This document shows positions 1 to 12,020 of a DNA stretch of 51,242 nt, one piece after another. Each line of letters opens with the position of its first letter. The first letter of the stretch is position 1. A program made the position numbers and the translations under genes. This DNA comes from Octopus bimaculoides (taxonomy: Eukaryota), in assembly GCF_001194135.2 (NCBI RefSeq), contig NC_068998.1, positions 33,352,872 through 33,404,113 on the forward strand, in the 5' to 3' direction. The notes below the pieces were generated by a model that saw nothing but the letters and a program-made list of their open reading frames with translations, made no database searches and had not been told where the DNA came from.

Positions 1-13
1 ATAGAAAATGTTT

Positions 14-747
14 TTATTCTATGTGTCCTCCTTCTTGCTCAATAAGTGCCTTCACACGCATCCTGAAACTTATTCGAGAGACAACTTCTCCCATTCTTCT
101 TTAATAGTATCTTTAAGAGAGTCGACATTGCTGTGTGATGTTCTATTGGTAGCATGTTCTAAAACGCTCCAAGTAGCATAATCCAGAGGGTTTAGATCTG
201 GGCTAGAAGGCTGCCATAAACATGATTCCAAAAAATTGCTAAAGTTGGATTTGCAGAAATCTTGTCTTTTTCTAGCTGTGTGGACTGGAGCACCATCTTG
301 TGTCCATACATAATTACCACCCGGGTAGTTTGCTTTAAGCCATGGCAATACCTGGTATCTCAGAGTCTTGTAGTAAGTATTAACATTGATCTTTTCATCA
401 GCTTTGTAAAATTTTATAGGCATTTTCTTTCCACCGGAAGCCACAACACCAAAAGCCATAACTTGAGCATGATGTTTTGTTTTGAATGTCCCCTTAACCT
501 CAGCTGTCGATTTTGCGATAAATCTGTCATTTCTGCAGTTTAGAACAGCATCGACAGTGAAGATCTTTATATCTGAAAAGATCGTTACAATGGAGGATTT
601 TTTCTTGAACCATGTAATAATTTTCTTGCACCTTTCCAATCTCTTTTCCTTCATAGTTGTTGTCAACAATTGGTTTCGTGTTCTTGTGTTAGGTTTTAAC
701 CTTAAATCATATTTTACTGCATTTCTAATTGGTCTTGTTGTCTACCT
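14..747 (-). pseudogene. Tc1/mariner DD37D (maT-type) transposase remnant; 5' part lost in the N gap
   Basis: ORF 70..669 has IFSD..FTV, QDGAPxHT and WQPSSPDLNPLDY. I count 37 residues between the second and third Asp. A small deletion creates the stop at 70-72; another frame resumes SFRMRVKALIEQEGGHIE* (stop 14-16). A frameshift near 730 joins VDNKT/IRNAVKYDLRLK. Confidence 0.9.
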
Positions 748-1426
748 NNNNNNNNNNNNNNNNNNNNNNNNNNNNNNNNNNNNNNNNNNNNNNNNNNNNN
801 NNNNNNNNNNNNNNNNNNNNNNNNNNNNNNNNNNNNNNNNNNNNNNNNNNNNNNNNNNNNNNNNNNNNNNNNNNNNNNNNNNNNNNNNNNNNNNNNNNNN
901 NNNNNNNNNNNNNNNNNNNNNNNNNNNNNNNNNNNNNNNNNNNNNNNNNNNNNNNNNNNNNNNNNNNNNNNNNNNNNNNNNNNNNNNNNNNNNNNNNNNN
1001 NNNNNNNNNNNNNNNNNNNNNNNNNNNNNNNNNNNNNNNNNNNNNNNNNNNNNNNNNNNNNNNNNNNNNNNNNNNNNNNNNNNNNNNNNNNNNNNNNNNN
1101 NNNNNNNNNNNNNNNNNNNNNNNNNNNNNNNNNNNNNNNNNNNNNNNNNNNNNNNNNNNNNNNNNNNNNNNNNNNNNNNNNNNNNNNNNNNNNNNNNNNN
1201 NNNNNNNNNNNNNNNNNNNNNNNNNNNNNNNNNNNNNNNNNNNNNNNNNNNNNNNNNNNNNNNNNNNNNNNNNNNNNNNNNNNNNNNNNNNNNNNNNNNN
1301 NNNNNNNNNNNNNNNNNNNNNNNNNNNNNNNNNNNNNNNNNNNNNNNNNNNNNNNNNNNNNNNNNNNNNNNNNNNNNNNNNNNNNNNNNNNNNNNNNNNN
1401 NNNNNNNNNNNNNNNNNNNNNNNNNN

Positions 1427-1460
<34 letters not shown>

Positions 1461-1475
1461 ATATGTATGTATGTA
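1427..1475. repeat. (AT)n/(ATGT)n microsatellite next to the gap
   Basis: Direct inspection. Confidence 0.9.
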
Positions 1476-1509
1476 TATTGGATAAATAATTACAATGAGA
1501 GTGGTTGCA

Positions 1510-1660
1510 GTTAAGTGGATTTGTGGCTATGGAATTTGCTTCATATCTGCATGATTTAGGGTGTTGTCTCACATGACACATTGAACATGTGTTTTCTATT
1601 TGGGTTGACCAATGCTTCAGGAGTAGAATTAATAGCTGGAAACTGAAAGGAAGCTTGATT
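1510..1660 (+). mobile_element. Degenerate 5' half of SINE family A
   Basis: Resembles the reverse complement of 2060-2200 (...gggttgaccaatgc...ggaaactgaaag). Confidence 0.55.
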
Positions 1661-1749
1661 TACACACACACACACACATAAACACAAAAACATGCACATC
1701 AATCATGATAAAAAGAATAATTAATCAAAGGTATCATGTCTTTATTTAC

Positions 1750-2205
1750 TTTATCTTGTATCTTTTACTTGTTTCAGTCACTAGACTGTGGCCATGCTGG
1801 GGCACCACATTGGAAAATTATTAGTTGAATGGATCGACCCCAGTACTTATGTTTTAAAGCCTGGTACTTATTCTGTCACTCTGGTTTTTGCTGAACCACT
1901 AAGTTACGGGTATGCAAACACACCAGCACAGGTTGTCAAATGGTGGTGGATACACACACGCACGCACACACACACACACACATACACACACACGTGCGCA
2001 TCACGCACGCACACACATACATGCACACATGCATACACTCATGCACACACATATACGGTAGGCTACTTTCAGTTTCCATTTACCAAATCCACTCACAAGA
2101 CTTTGGTTGGCCCAAAGCTATTGTCCAAAGTACCACACAGTAGGACTGAACCTGGAACCATGTAGTGTGGAAGCAAGCTTCTTACGACACAGCCATGCCT
2201 GTGTC
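1750..2205 (-). mobile_element. Full-length tRNA-derived SINE, family A, with an internal (CA)n-type microsatellite
   Basis: Minus-strand head with box B-like GGTTCAGTCC. The body (ttttacttgtttcagtca...tggggcacc...tcgaccccagtactta...ggtacttattct) recurs at 11600, 12800, 31262, 33585 and 35330. Confidence 0.85.
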
Positions 2206-2894
2206 TTATATACAGATTATTAAGACCCTTCAAGTTTGCTGAACGAAATATGCAGGAAAACTGCTTAAATCCTTTTATCTTTTTTTTTTCTACTTCTGGT
2301 GAGCCAATATTTATCTCTGCTAAAAAAGGAGTGATCACATTCTTTTATAGTTTGATATGATTGTCATTGACAGGTCATTGAGGTTATATAACAAAAGAAA
2401 ATGTTCTGAACTAAAGTTTTCCATTAAAATAATTTGGGGCTCAGTGATTGTAATGCACCTATTTATATATGTGGGTGTGTGATTGTGCATGTGCATGCAT
2501 GTGCATATGTGAATATTGACCTGTGTCATATAAATATCTGCACAAACACACATGTATGCGTGCACAAACACACACACTCACACACACATGCAGATACATA
2601 TATAAATACACACGCTGCTCATAAAGAATGCGCATACACATACATAGGAACAAAAGTTCTCAGTTATATATAAAACTAATAAAATGAACAAAAGAGGGAG
2701 AAAAACGAAGTTAAAGGGGATAGGTTAAAGAAAAAAATGACAATGAAATCTCATTTTCTTGAATTTTCATAATGGAAGAAAAAATTGAAGAAAATAGAGA
2801 CATAAAGAAGAAATACCTTAGTCTCGTGTTTTCATCTTATTCTATTGGGACTTTTCAAAGCAAAGAAATTTTCTTTTTCATGTGTGTCCATGTA

Positions 2895-3068
2895 TATAAA
2901 TGCATATATGCACCTATGTAATTTGCGTGTGTCTGTGTGTGGTGTGTGTGTGTGTGTGTGTGTATTTATATGTCATGGGCCAGTGTTCACATATATGTGT
3001 ATGCACACACATATATATATGGCCACAGTCAAATGACTGAAACAAGTAAAAGAATATTTATATATGTG

Positions 3069-3100
<32 letters not shown>

Positions 3101-3130
3101 AGTGTGTGTGCATGTGTGTGTGTGTGTCTG
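2895..3130 (+). repeat. (TG)n microsatellites flanking a family A SINE 3' end (about 3017-3056)
   Basis: atggccacagtcaaatgactgaaacaagtaaaagaata is the reverse complement of the family A terminus. Confidence 0.75.
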
Positions 3131-3312
3131 TGCATTTGCTTGCGTGAAACTTTTATTCGATTAGGATCTATCTTCCAAAGAATTTTTGATTTAGCATAAT
3201 ACCGAAACTTATAGAAACTAGTAATATTTATCTACTATATTATTATTATTATCATTATTTCTACCATTATCATTATATTCTTTCAATTTTTTATCCATTT
3301 CTTGCTGATTGT

Positions 3313-3370
3313 CTTCCTGACACCTAGGGTAAAGAAACTCACTTCCTGACACCTAGGGTAAATAAACTAC
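3313..3370. repeat. 29-bp tandem duplication
   Basis: cttcctgacacctagggtaaagaaactca followed by cttcctgacacctagggtaaataaactac. Confidence 0.9.
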
Positions 3371-3601
3371 TAATGTAGGGCACTAAAATAAAGACACTAG
3401 ATCATTCATTTAGAAAGTAATGTGATAGAAAAATAGGAGAAAAAGACAGAGAAAAAAGAAAGAAGGAAAAAAGAGAAAAAGAAAAACATTAAATAAAGAA
3501 AATAAAAGGGAAAAGGGAAGAAAATTCACAGTAACAATGCTCTTCTCAATACATGTAACATACCAGTTATGACAATTACGTGTGATGTACCATTTAAAAC
3601 A

Positions 3602-3638
<37 letters not shown>

Positions 3639-3640
<2 letters not shown>

Positions 3641-3854
3641 AGACAGCGAGCTGACAGAATCGTTTAGCATGCCAGGCAAAATGCTTAGTGGTATCTCATC
3701 TGGCTTTATGTTCTGAGTTCAAATTACGCTAAGGTTGACTTTGCTTTTCATCCTTTCAGAATTAATAAATTAAGTACCAGCAAAACACTGGGGTTGACGT
3801 AATCGACTGGTTCCCTACCCCAAAATTTCAGGCCTTGTGCCTATACCAGAAAGA

Positions 3855-3855
<1 letters not shown>
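3639..3855 (+). mobile_element. tRNA-derived SINE family B, flanked by (ATT)n
   Basis: Box A-like gagctgacagaatcg, box B gagttcaaatt, core ttcatcctttc...taagtaccag...ctggggttga; homologous to 4514, 13595-13928, 20466 and 50985. Confidence 0.85.
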
Positions 3856-3904
<49 letters not shown>

Positions 3905-3935
3905 CATTATCATTACCATTATTATTATTATTATT
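3853..3935. repeat. (ATT)n microsatellite
   Basis: Direct inspection. Confidence 0.95.
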
Positions 3936-4493
3936 GAGAGAGTAGTGCATGCCAACAAAGTGATGCTAGGGTACAAATATACAAAACCCTTATCAGAAGG
4001 GTAGTCATGACCCATCGTGACTACCCTTCTGATAAGGTTACACTAGACACATGCACCACAACCATATGTATACGACATGGTGATCTCATATCTTGATAAA
4101 CAATGCATGGCCTTGCAAGTGAGGCTTAATTAGAATTTTCTTCAGGTCAAGTAGCCCATCCTGCTCAAGCAGTCCCTGAATAAGGGTTGTTTAAGGATAA
4201 TGAATGAAACACCCATGTTTCCAGAGGTGAATTTTTCAGACCTCGAAGAATCCCTCTCAATACATGGCTATGAGGCTCCTCCAACTACTTCTGATCATGA
4301 TCAGCAATGCACATTTCGTCAGCCACTGGGAGATATGATCAACAGGTGCAGGTCAAGCAAGTGACAAAAGCAAATTTGCAATATTGAGTAGAATATTTGT
4401 TGTAGCTCATCCTTTACACCAGGACTAAACATGTACATTTAAAATCTTCCAATTAGTTATGAGACAGTACCACTGCCTGATACTATATCAGGG
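3936..4493 (-). mobile_element. ~560 bp SINE-like interspersed repeat (family C) with an (AAT)n tail
   Basis: Higher-complexity non-coding block ending at the (AAT)n run on the minus strand. Recognised as an octopus repeat from recall only; one copy in the window. Confidence 0.5.
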
Positions 4494-4513
4494 AACTTAT
4501 TATCATTTTTATT

Positions 4514-4726
4514 AAGGTGGCAAGTTAACAGAACCATTAGCACACTAAGAAAAATGCTTAGTGGCATTTTGTCTGTCTTCATGTTCTAAGTTCAAATTCC
4601 GTCATGGTCAACTTTACCTTTCATCCTTTTGGGTCGATAAATTAAGTATCAGTTATGCACTGGGGTTGATATAATCGACTATCCCCCACCCCAAAACTTC
4701 AGGCCTTGTGTCTTTAGTAGAAAGGA
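4514..4726 (+). mobile_element. SINE family B
   Basis: Colinear with 3639-3855 (gttcaaattcc, tcatcctttt-gggtcgataaattaagta, ggccttgtg). Confidence 0.85.
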
Positions 4727-4799
4727 TAATTATTATTATTATCATTACATTTGGCAAGTCAAGGAAATTTGGTTCATGAGGACTCTGCTTTGCCAAATC

Positions 4800-5003
4800 A
4801 TGACAAAATGCACTCTATATACTCTGGAAAATGGTTGGTATTTAGGAAGATCATCCAGACATAGAAGCCATACCAAGACTGAGTTGTTTGAGTGAAACAT
4901 GATCTTGTGATCCCCTCTAGGGTTGTAGTAACTCCAATAAAACTGATACTAACTGTTAAATTTTCCAACTTGTGCCAGCATGTAAAATGAAAATGACAAT
5001 GAT
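4800..5003 (+). mobile_element. Degenerate RTE 3' tail fragment
   Basis: ggttggtatttaggaagatcatccag...ccaacttgtgccagcatg resembles 18140-18295. Confidence 0.5.
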
Positions 5004-7149
5004 ATGTGTATACATTTTAGCAAACACATATACATCCATTAGCATATCTGCATACATATACATACACATCCAAACATCATTCAAGTAAATTCATCTCTCA
5101 GTTATAATTGTATTTCTATGTGATATAAAAATACCAACTGGTAATTTCAAACACCTCTTGGCATAACTCTCTTTTCAAAGATATCTTTTACTTTGTCTCA
5201 TTTTCTTATCATTGTCAGAGAATGATAATAATTGTTTCTTCTGTAAACACAAGGCCCAAAACATTTGGGTGGGAGTTAGTCAATTCCATGAATCCCAATA
5301 TTTGAGTGGTACTTATTTCTACCAGCTCATCACCTCATAATAATACTAAAAATAAACATTGTTTCTAATCTAGGCACAAGGTAAGCAATTTTGATGAGAA
5401 GGTGTTAGTTGACTTCAGTACTTAACTGGTATTTTATATTATTGATTCCAATGGGATGAAAGGCAAGTATGATTGAAACTCACCTCCATCTTGCATCATG
5501 TACACAGCAGACATCTACTCACATTTGTTCTAGCATTTCTACAATCCCTCCTGACCGACCTTTCATTTATAGTTGTTGACTTATATTTGTAGTGGATGAC
5601 TTAATCTCTCACTCCATTCAAAACCACTAACTGGTTCTTGGATATCTTTTGAAGGGTCCACCCTGTTGGAAACATTTGGGTAGGGATTCCAGTCTGAGAA
5701 TCCCAGTCTTGGAGACCTTTAAAATATTGTCATGTGTATTGCCCCGCTTTCTCTGTAAGGCACTGAAAATTATCTTTTTAAAATATTTGGTTTTTCATTT
5801 TACTGATTTGTTTTCTATAACATTAATTTAGATTATTTATAATAGTATTACAAGATGTACAAGAAATATTGATATAACATCAGATGAAAATTTTACATTC
5901 ATGACATTTTTGATTTCTTCTGAAAAGAGGGATCATTGTAAAATTTCTTCATTTATTTCAAATTTAGATCAATTCCCCGTTTCATTGATTTCTGACACAA
6001 CTACAATTTTTCAGATTTTTTCTGTGAGATAGAATGAGACTTTATGTTATTGATGCTTTCAGCAAGGATATTAATAATTCTAGACGAGTGAAATATCAGT
6101 GCATTGAAACTTGTTTTCAAATTTTACCCATAGAGAATTTCCTACAAAACTACTGGTGTAGGATTAATAACTTAATAAAGACCATAAAAAAGGGTTTATA
6201 ATGATGGTAAATCTGATAATCAAGCCAAACGTAGAAAGACAGTTTTAAACTCATATAATCACATGCATACACATACACATGATTTTCAGTCTTCATGACA
6301 CTTCAACTCAATTTTCTAAATGATTACCATTCAGCAAGGGAAACCTTCAAATACTGACATAAGTGTGTCTAAATTCTTCAAGTTGATATACATTTAAGTA
6401 TTTCACTACAGAAAATAGGACCATCGTTATAAATTTATCTTCGCTCTCTGTCTCCATCTGACGTCAAACTATGCATTTTCAAACTAACCATACCATCTCT
6501 GATAACTGATTACCCACCTTTGCCCATTTTCATATTTATATTCGCCACTTGTTTTCATGTATGTTTATTTTTTACAGCCTGTTAAGCTAATTTTGTTTCT
6601 TGATTGTCCACCATCCATTTCCTGTATACCTTTGATTTCTGTCAGTCAGTTGATTTTAAGTTATTTACACAACAGAACTTTCTTCTGTACCTGTCTATTT
6701 CCGCATACCTTCTACCCACCATTTTAATCTAGTTGTGTTCATAAAGTTGCATTATTAGAAGTGTAGTGATATCTTCAGTTTTCTGGTGTTGATTTTTTAT
6801 TATTTGTTGTGAAGATCAAAAAAATTAACTATATATTCTTTAGTATTAAGTAAGCTGTATCATCATTTTGTCTTCTCTTATTATCTAATTGAATTTGTAA
6901 CCCGACACATCAAAATTTAATCAAGAAAATAGTAGATACTTAGTCCTGAAATTTTATATATAGTTTTGTAACTTTCTCTCTTCTTAAGGTCAAATGTTAC
7001 CACATTTTCTATCACTCCAATGTTTTTTAGAATAAGAATCTAAATCAGTAGAACAATGAAATAAGTTTTTAATATCCTCCTACCTAGGAGAATGGTCTTA
7101 TATTTAAGGGTGAAATAATATTTACAAGTTAAAATTTAGCTTTATAGAA

Positions 7150-7600
7150 ATTATAAATACTAAATTAGTGAATTAACTAACATGAAGAAACGTTAATATC
7201 AAAATGAGAGAAAAAATATTAAACTGTTGTGTATGATCCACTCTGGCATCAGAGGTGAAACATAACATTAACAAAACATTCATCAAGTTGATTATCAGTC
7301 TTTGAGATGCTGACATATTAAAGATTTTAAAGAATATTATAGATAGGACGCAAAACTCATGATGACACACAAAGAAAGGTGGCAGCAATTAAGAAGAATC
7401 GGAGACAGAAATGAAACAGTTTGGAGAATCAATGAGAAAAAATGGATAATAGTGACTTTTTTTTACTAAAAAGGCAAAATGATTGGGAAAAAGGGAAAAC
7501 CAAGAATTGTGTGAATTGATAATATCAAGATCTGAGCAAACTTAAAATACAGTGAATGTATAAGGACTAACTGAGAGCAGATGATACCAAACGATGGTGA
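7150..7600 (+). pseudogene. Old RTE-type LINE C-terminal fragment
   Basis: A stop-ridden frame reads GKMIGKKGKPRIV*IDNIKI*ANLKYSECIR, like the RTE GKIEGKRGRGRP..W.D.I..W C-terminus. Confidence 0.5.
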
Positions 7601-9489
7601 TAATGGATTAACTAAAATTATTGGAATTATACTTGCCAACTCAGTTTGAAAAGATGGCTATCACACACACGCATAAAAAGAATGTAATAACTGACGGTCT
7701 CAACATTCTTGACAAGTAAATATGAAACATGTAGCTAGATGTTAGTGTATAAACTCAGGTCAGTTCTGATAATACAGGCATGTGTGGTCAAGCATGACAA
7801 GTCTACCTTATCAAATAATATAGCCAATACTACATTATTCAAAATATTCTTCTGCATATGATGTTAAAAGTGGTTTCAGAGACATTTGGTTGCTATTTCT
7901 AGTAGATGTAATGACAGTCTTTTAACTGTCAGACATTAATGTTCACCAAATAACTTCCAGTTTCCAGACTAATGAGCAAATGAAAGGCAAATCTTTCCTG
8001 AGACAGGATGGTTGTCTATTACAACCAGCCTTTCTTATGGGAAGAATTGAAGATATATTTGCAAGCTAATATATTTGTATTAATTCTATAATGTTCCAAC
8101 TGCATATGGTAGTGATTTATGTCACTCACAGAAAACAGTGGAAGAAGTTGAAGGACTAGCTCTTGTGAGAGATAGGTACATAAGTCAGTAATGAAATGAA
8201 TGTCAGTGGCATACAGACTGTTGACCTCACAGCTGGTTGTACATTACCTTATTGTCCACACTAAGCTCTCATACTGTGGATATGTTGTAGTAACATTTCT
8301 AATTTAAATGTTAAGTCTTTGTTTTAAAGAAAAGTGTGGGGTTCTTAGAAAGATTTGGTTGCTACTTTGAGAAGACTGAGTTAATTCATGAATGCTCCCC
8401 AACTGACTTGAGTAAGCTAAAGTAAAAAGAATTGCTGCAAGATTATTTAAGTGCATAGTTCTTCAGAATTTAGAAATTCTATGAAATAACTGAAATAATG
8501 AGGATATGAGAAAAGGTTTACATGGTTAGTTATTGGAAATATTAGGAGTCATTTCATTGTTTAATTTTAGAACTACTTATAAGTTTCATCTTCTTCAAAG
8601 GTTACACTAAAATTGTCCAGCTTTGATTTGTTAAATTATTTGTTAAATTACATCTAGAAGGAATTTCTTGAGACTTCTTGACAAATTAGTTTCTGTATAT
8701 GTGTGTTCCAGAAGACTGGATGTGAAGAGCAGCTAAATCTGTATGCATTGTGAACTAATGTTAATTCGGTCTAGGAACTTTTATAATTGATATAATTGTC
8801 AGTTCATATCCTGTAACTAGTTCTGTGTTGTTACCATGACCAAAATACTAAATTCTGAAATGGCTCACTACACATTACTGCAAGTACAGATCATGAATAA
8901 GAAAACGTCTTAAAATCCACTCCAAGCAGAAAATTGCAGAACAGTTAATTTTTGTTCTATTAACTTGTAATGCTGGGTTCAAATCATACTATGGGTTGTA
9001 GCAGATCTGCCAAGCTATTTGCTTTAGACATACAATATATTAGCATATTTCACTCTTGAAAGATCATCACTGGGACACTGTGGGATGGTATGAGAATAAG
9101 CTGTTGCTCTTAGCAAGTGCCATTACAGCTTGGTGCCCGAATTATTATAGGAATTGAGGCAACAATACCATAAACAATATCACAATGGTCTAATGAGTAA
9201 GATAAACTCAATGCTTTACATCATTGTTTCATTTATTTTAATGGCTTAATCAAAAGAGTAAGTACAGCACCCATTACAAGTTGCAGAACCTCCGAGGAAG
9301 AATCCACAACCCATGGTTTTCTGCAATAGGTAGCAGTGTATCAGGAAATATTTTACATGGCAAGGTATAGCTGCAAAGCTGTGCAGTTGATGTTTGAAAT
9401 CCTAGTTAACTTTCTTTCTGAGATGCACAACATGAGTATAAGGCTTTTAGTGGTATCCAAGAAATCTTTCATCATCCCATTATTATCTT

Positions 9490-10250
9490 TATGTCTCCTT
9501 TATTACATGTCACCATTTGTTGTATTTCTTTGCCATCTCTTTTGTGAGGTCCAGCTTTCCAAAACCATTTTCTATTGCTTCTGCCCATACTTCCTAAGTC
9601 TTTCACTTTCACACTTTGCTTCTACTTGGATATCCCTGCACTTTTATACCAATCTTTTATATTCTATACACAACACATATCCATACCAATGCAGTCTTTC
9701 TTGAACAGTACAACTGGTGTATCCTCCACCTAGTTTATCTCTCACCTCATCATATATAACATTACACATCTAGCTGAGCATGTTTGTCTCATTTCTTTCT
9801 AACTTTCACTGATTCTCTGCACCCAGTGCCCACATCTCACTATCATGCAGGATCTGACTTCATGCACAAGCAGCATACAATATACCCTTCAATAAAAAAG
9901 AGAATCCCTTATTGCCAGCAGAGCTAACAGCTCCCTGTGCCTTTTCCACCTTAATGTTATGTCTAGCTACCATGCTTTCACAGCACTCTCCTGTACTGCT
10001 GATTATGTTGTGCAGATAAAAGAAGCTATTAACTACGTCTATAGCTTTGAAAGGAATTTATTTTACGACTTCATTGACTGCTGACTACTCTTGCACACCT
10101 ACCACATGCAAAGATTTTATTCACTATCAGCCTGTCTGTAATCTCAAAATTTCTTTTGTGCAACCATAGTTCAAATTGCAAACACTGCATGGAGTCTCCA
10201 TCTACTTGTTTCCTGCATGTCAAGTATAGTCATTTCTCTGATTGCAGCAC
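9490..10250 (-). pseudogene. Decayed RTE LINE ORF, 3' portion
   Basis: Minus-strand frames give remnants of the RTE motifs LPLLA.KG.SL..KG.LY.ACV...LH.SE.W and RL.WYG.V; many stops and frameshifts. Confidence 0.75.
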
Positions 10251-10292
10251 AGTTCTGTCTTTTTTTTTTATGTTTACCATAAGAAGTATGAG

Positions 10293-10607
10293 TGGAGGTG
10301 CAATGGCTCAGTGGTTAGGGCAGCGGACTCACGGTCGGAGAATCGCGGTTTCGATTCCCAGACCTAGCGTTGTGTGTCTTTATTGAGCAAAAACACCTAA
10401 AGCTCCACGAGGCTCCGGCAGGGGGTGGTGGCGACCCTTGTTGTACTCTTTCACCCCGACTTTCTCTCACTGTTTCTTTCTGTTTCTTGAGTAACGCTGT
10501 GATGGACTGGCGGCCCGTCCAGCTGGGGGCAACACATATGCCATAGAAACTGGGAAACCAGGCCCATGAGCCTAGCTAGGCTTTAAAAGGGCGCATAAAT
10601 AAATAGA
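10293..10607 (+). mobile_element. Complete V-SINE-like tRNA-derived SINE with 14-bp TSD
   Basis: Box A TGGCTCAGTGG, box B GTTTCGATTCC, V-domain-like GATGGACTGGCGGCCCGTCCAG, (AAAT)n tail. Perfect direct repeats ataagaagtatgag at 10279-10292 and 10608-10621. Confidence 0.9.
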
Positions 10608-10751
10608 ATAAGAAGTATGAGAACAAAAACTTGGTAAATGTCTAACTGCATACTAAATCCCTGAGTGAATTGTTTGTACATAGCTTTCTAAGTTTTCTTA
10701 AAAACTACCAGTTGACAGATCATATTACTCTATCAAAGGCTTTTTCTAGAT

Positions 10752-10931
10752 CAGTGTTCCACAAGCTTTTTCACTTGTGGTATGCTTATATTCTTTTCAA
10801 AATTTGACTGCACACCTAAAAATATAACTGAAAGTATAGGGGAAAAAATTATGTTCAGGTTACACTGCGGCACACGTAGCATCATCTCATGGCACACCAG
10901 TGTGCTGTAGAATACCAGTTGCAGAGCACTG
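10752..10931. mobile_element. hAT (Charlie-like) MITE
   Basis: Termini cagtgttc...gagcactg; 8-bp TSD ttctagat/ttctaaat (NTCTAGAN type). Confidence 0.75.
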
Positions 10932-11599
10932 TTCTAAATCAACAGATATTAGGTCAAGAGATTTGTTCTTTGCTAAAAACCTTCTATCGGAATTGTTTTA
11001 CTATGGAAAGAGCATTAATAGTAGTATGACTTGGCACAAATCTGAATTGTATTTCATCTAAGCTAACTAATAACAATAACTGCTGTCATAAATCTGTTGG
11101 TATCTTAACAATAAGTAACATTACATGTTGTCAATTTATTCAACTCATAAACATATTTACTGTTTTTCAATATATTCAGGAATATTTTAATTAAAAATTC
11201 TCTTTCCATGAAGCACAGCAGGTGAATTAATAATTCATTATACTGAAGTATGTAAATATATAAAACGTGTGTAGTCTGGCTTTGGAATGATTTTTGAAGA
11301 ATAACCTTATATTTTTAACATTTTCCCAAGCACGTGGAGTATTCCTTTATCATACATTCTAAAGCAAGACTATATGTTTAATATACATATGAATACACAA
11401 TGTTGAATTTTTATTTAGACTGTATTTTAACTTGTCTGAAAGGAAAAGTTTTGCTGCCAAATATTTCATTAAAGTTCTCAGTGTTTAACTTAAGAAATAT
11501 AAGTGAAATATATTTTCTTCTTTGGAAGAATTTATGCATTTGAGTTGGTATATAAGAAGACGTTTGTATGTGTGTGTTCATAATGTATTTCTGTGACTA

Positions 11600-11985
11600 T
11601 CTTTTATCTTGTGTTTTTTACTTGTTTCAATCATTAGACTGTGGCCATATTGGGACACCACCTTGAGAAATTTTAGTTAAACTAATTGACCCCAATACTA
11701 TTTTATTTTTAAGTCTGGTACTTATTCTGTCATCCTCTTTTGCTGAACCACTATGTTATGGGGATGTTAACACACCAACACTAGTTGTCAAGTGGTTGTC
11801 AAGGATAAACACACACACACACAATGGGCTTCTTTCAGCTTCTGTATAGCAGATCTACTCTTAAGGCTTTGGTCAAGCTGAGGCTATAGTTGAAGACACT
11901 TGCCAAAGATGTCACACAGTGGGAGTGAATTTGGAACCATGTGATTGGGAAGCAAACTTCTTACCACACAGCCATTCCTGTGCCT
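11600..11985 (-). mobile_element. SINE family A, full length
   Basis: Colinear with 1750-2205; short internal (CA)n at about 11807-11823. Confidence 0.85.
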
Positions 11986-12020
11986 ATATATAAAAGACAA
12001 AAAATTATATATATATATAG

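Noticed and set aside
482-1581. Long ORFs at 482-1581, 12005-12851, 34066-34326 and 39408-39725
   Set aside because: Artefacts of N runs and microsatellites.
3165-3225. Possible hammerhead relic (ccaaaga...ccgaaac)
   Set aside because: Core and helices are too degenerate to distinguish from chance.
10293-10365. tRNA-like sequence
   Set aside because: It is the head of a SINE bounded by TSDs and lacks a complete acceptor stem.
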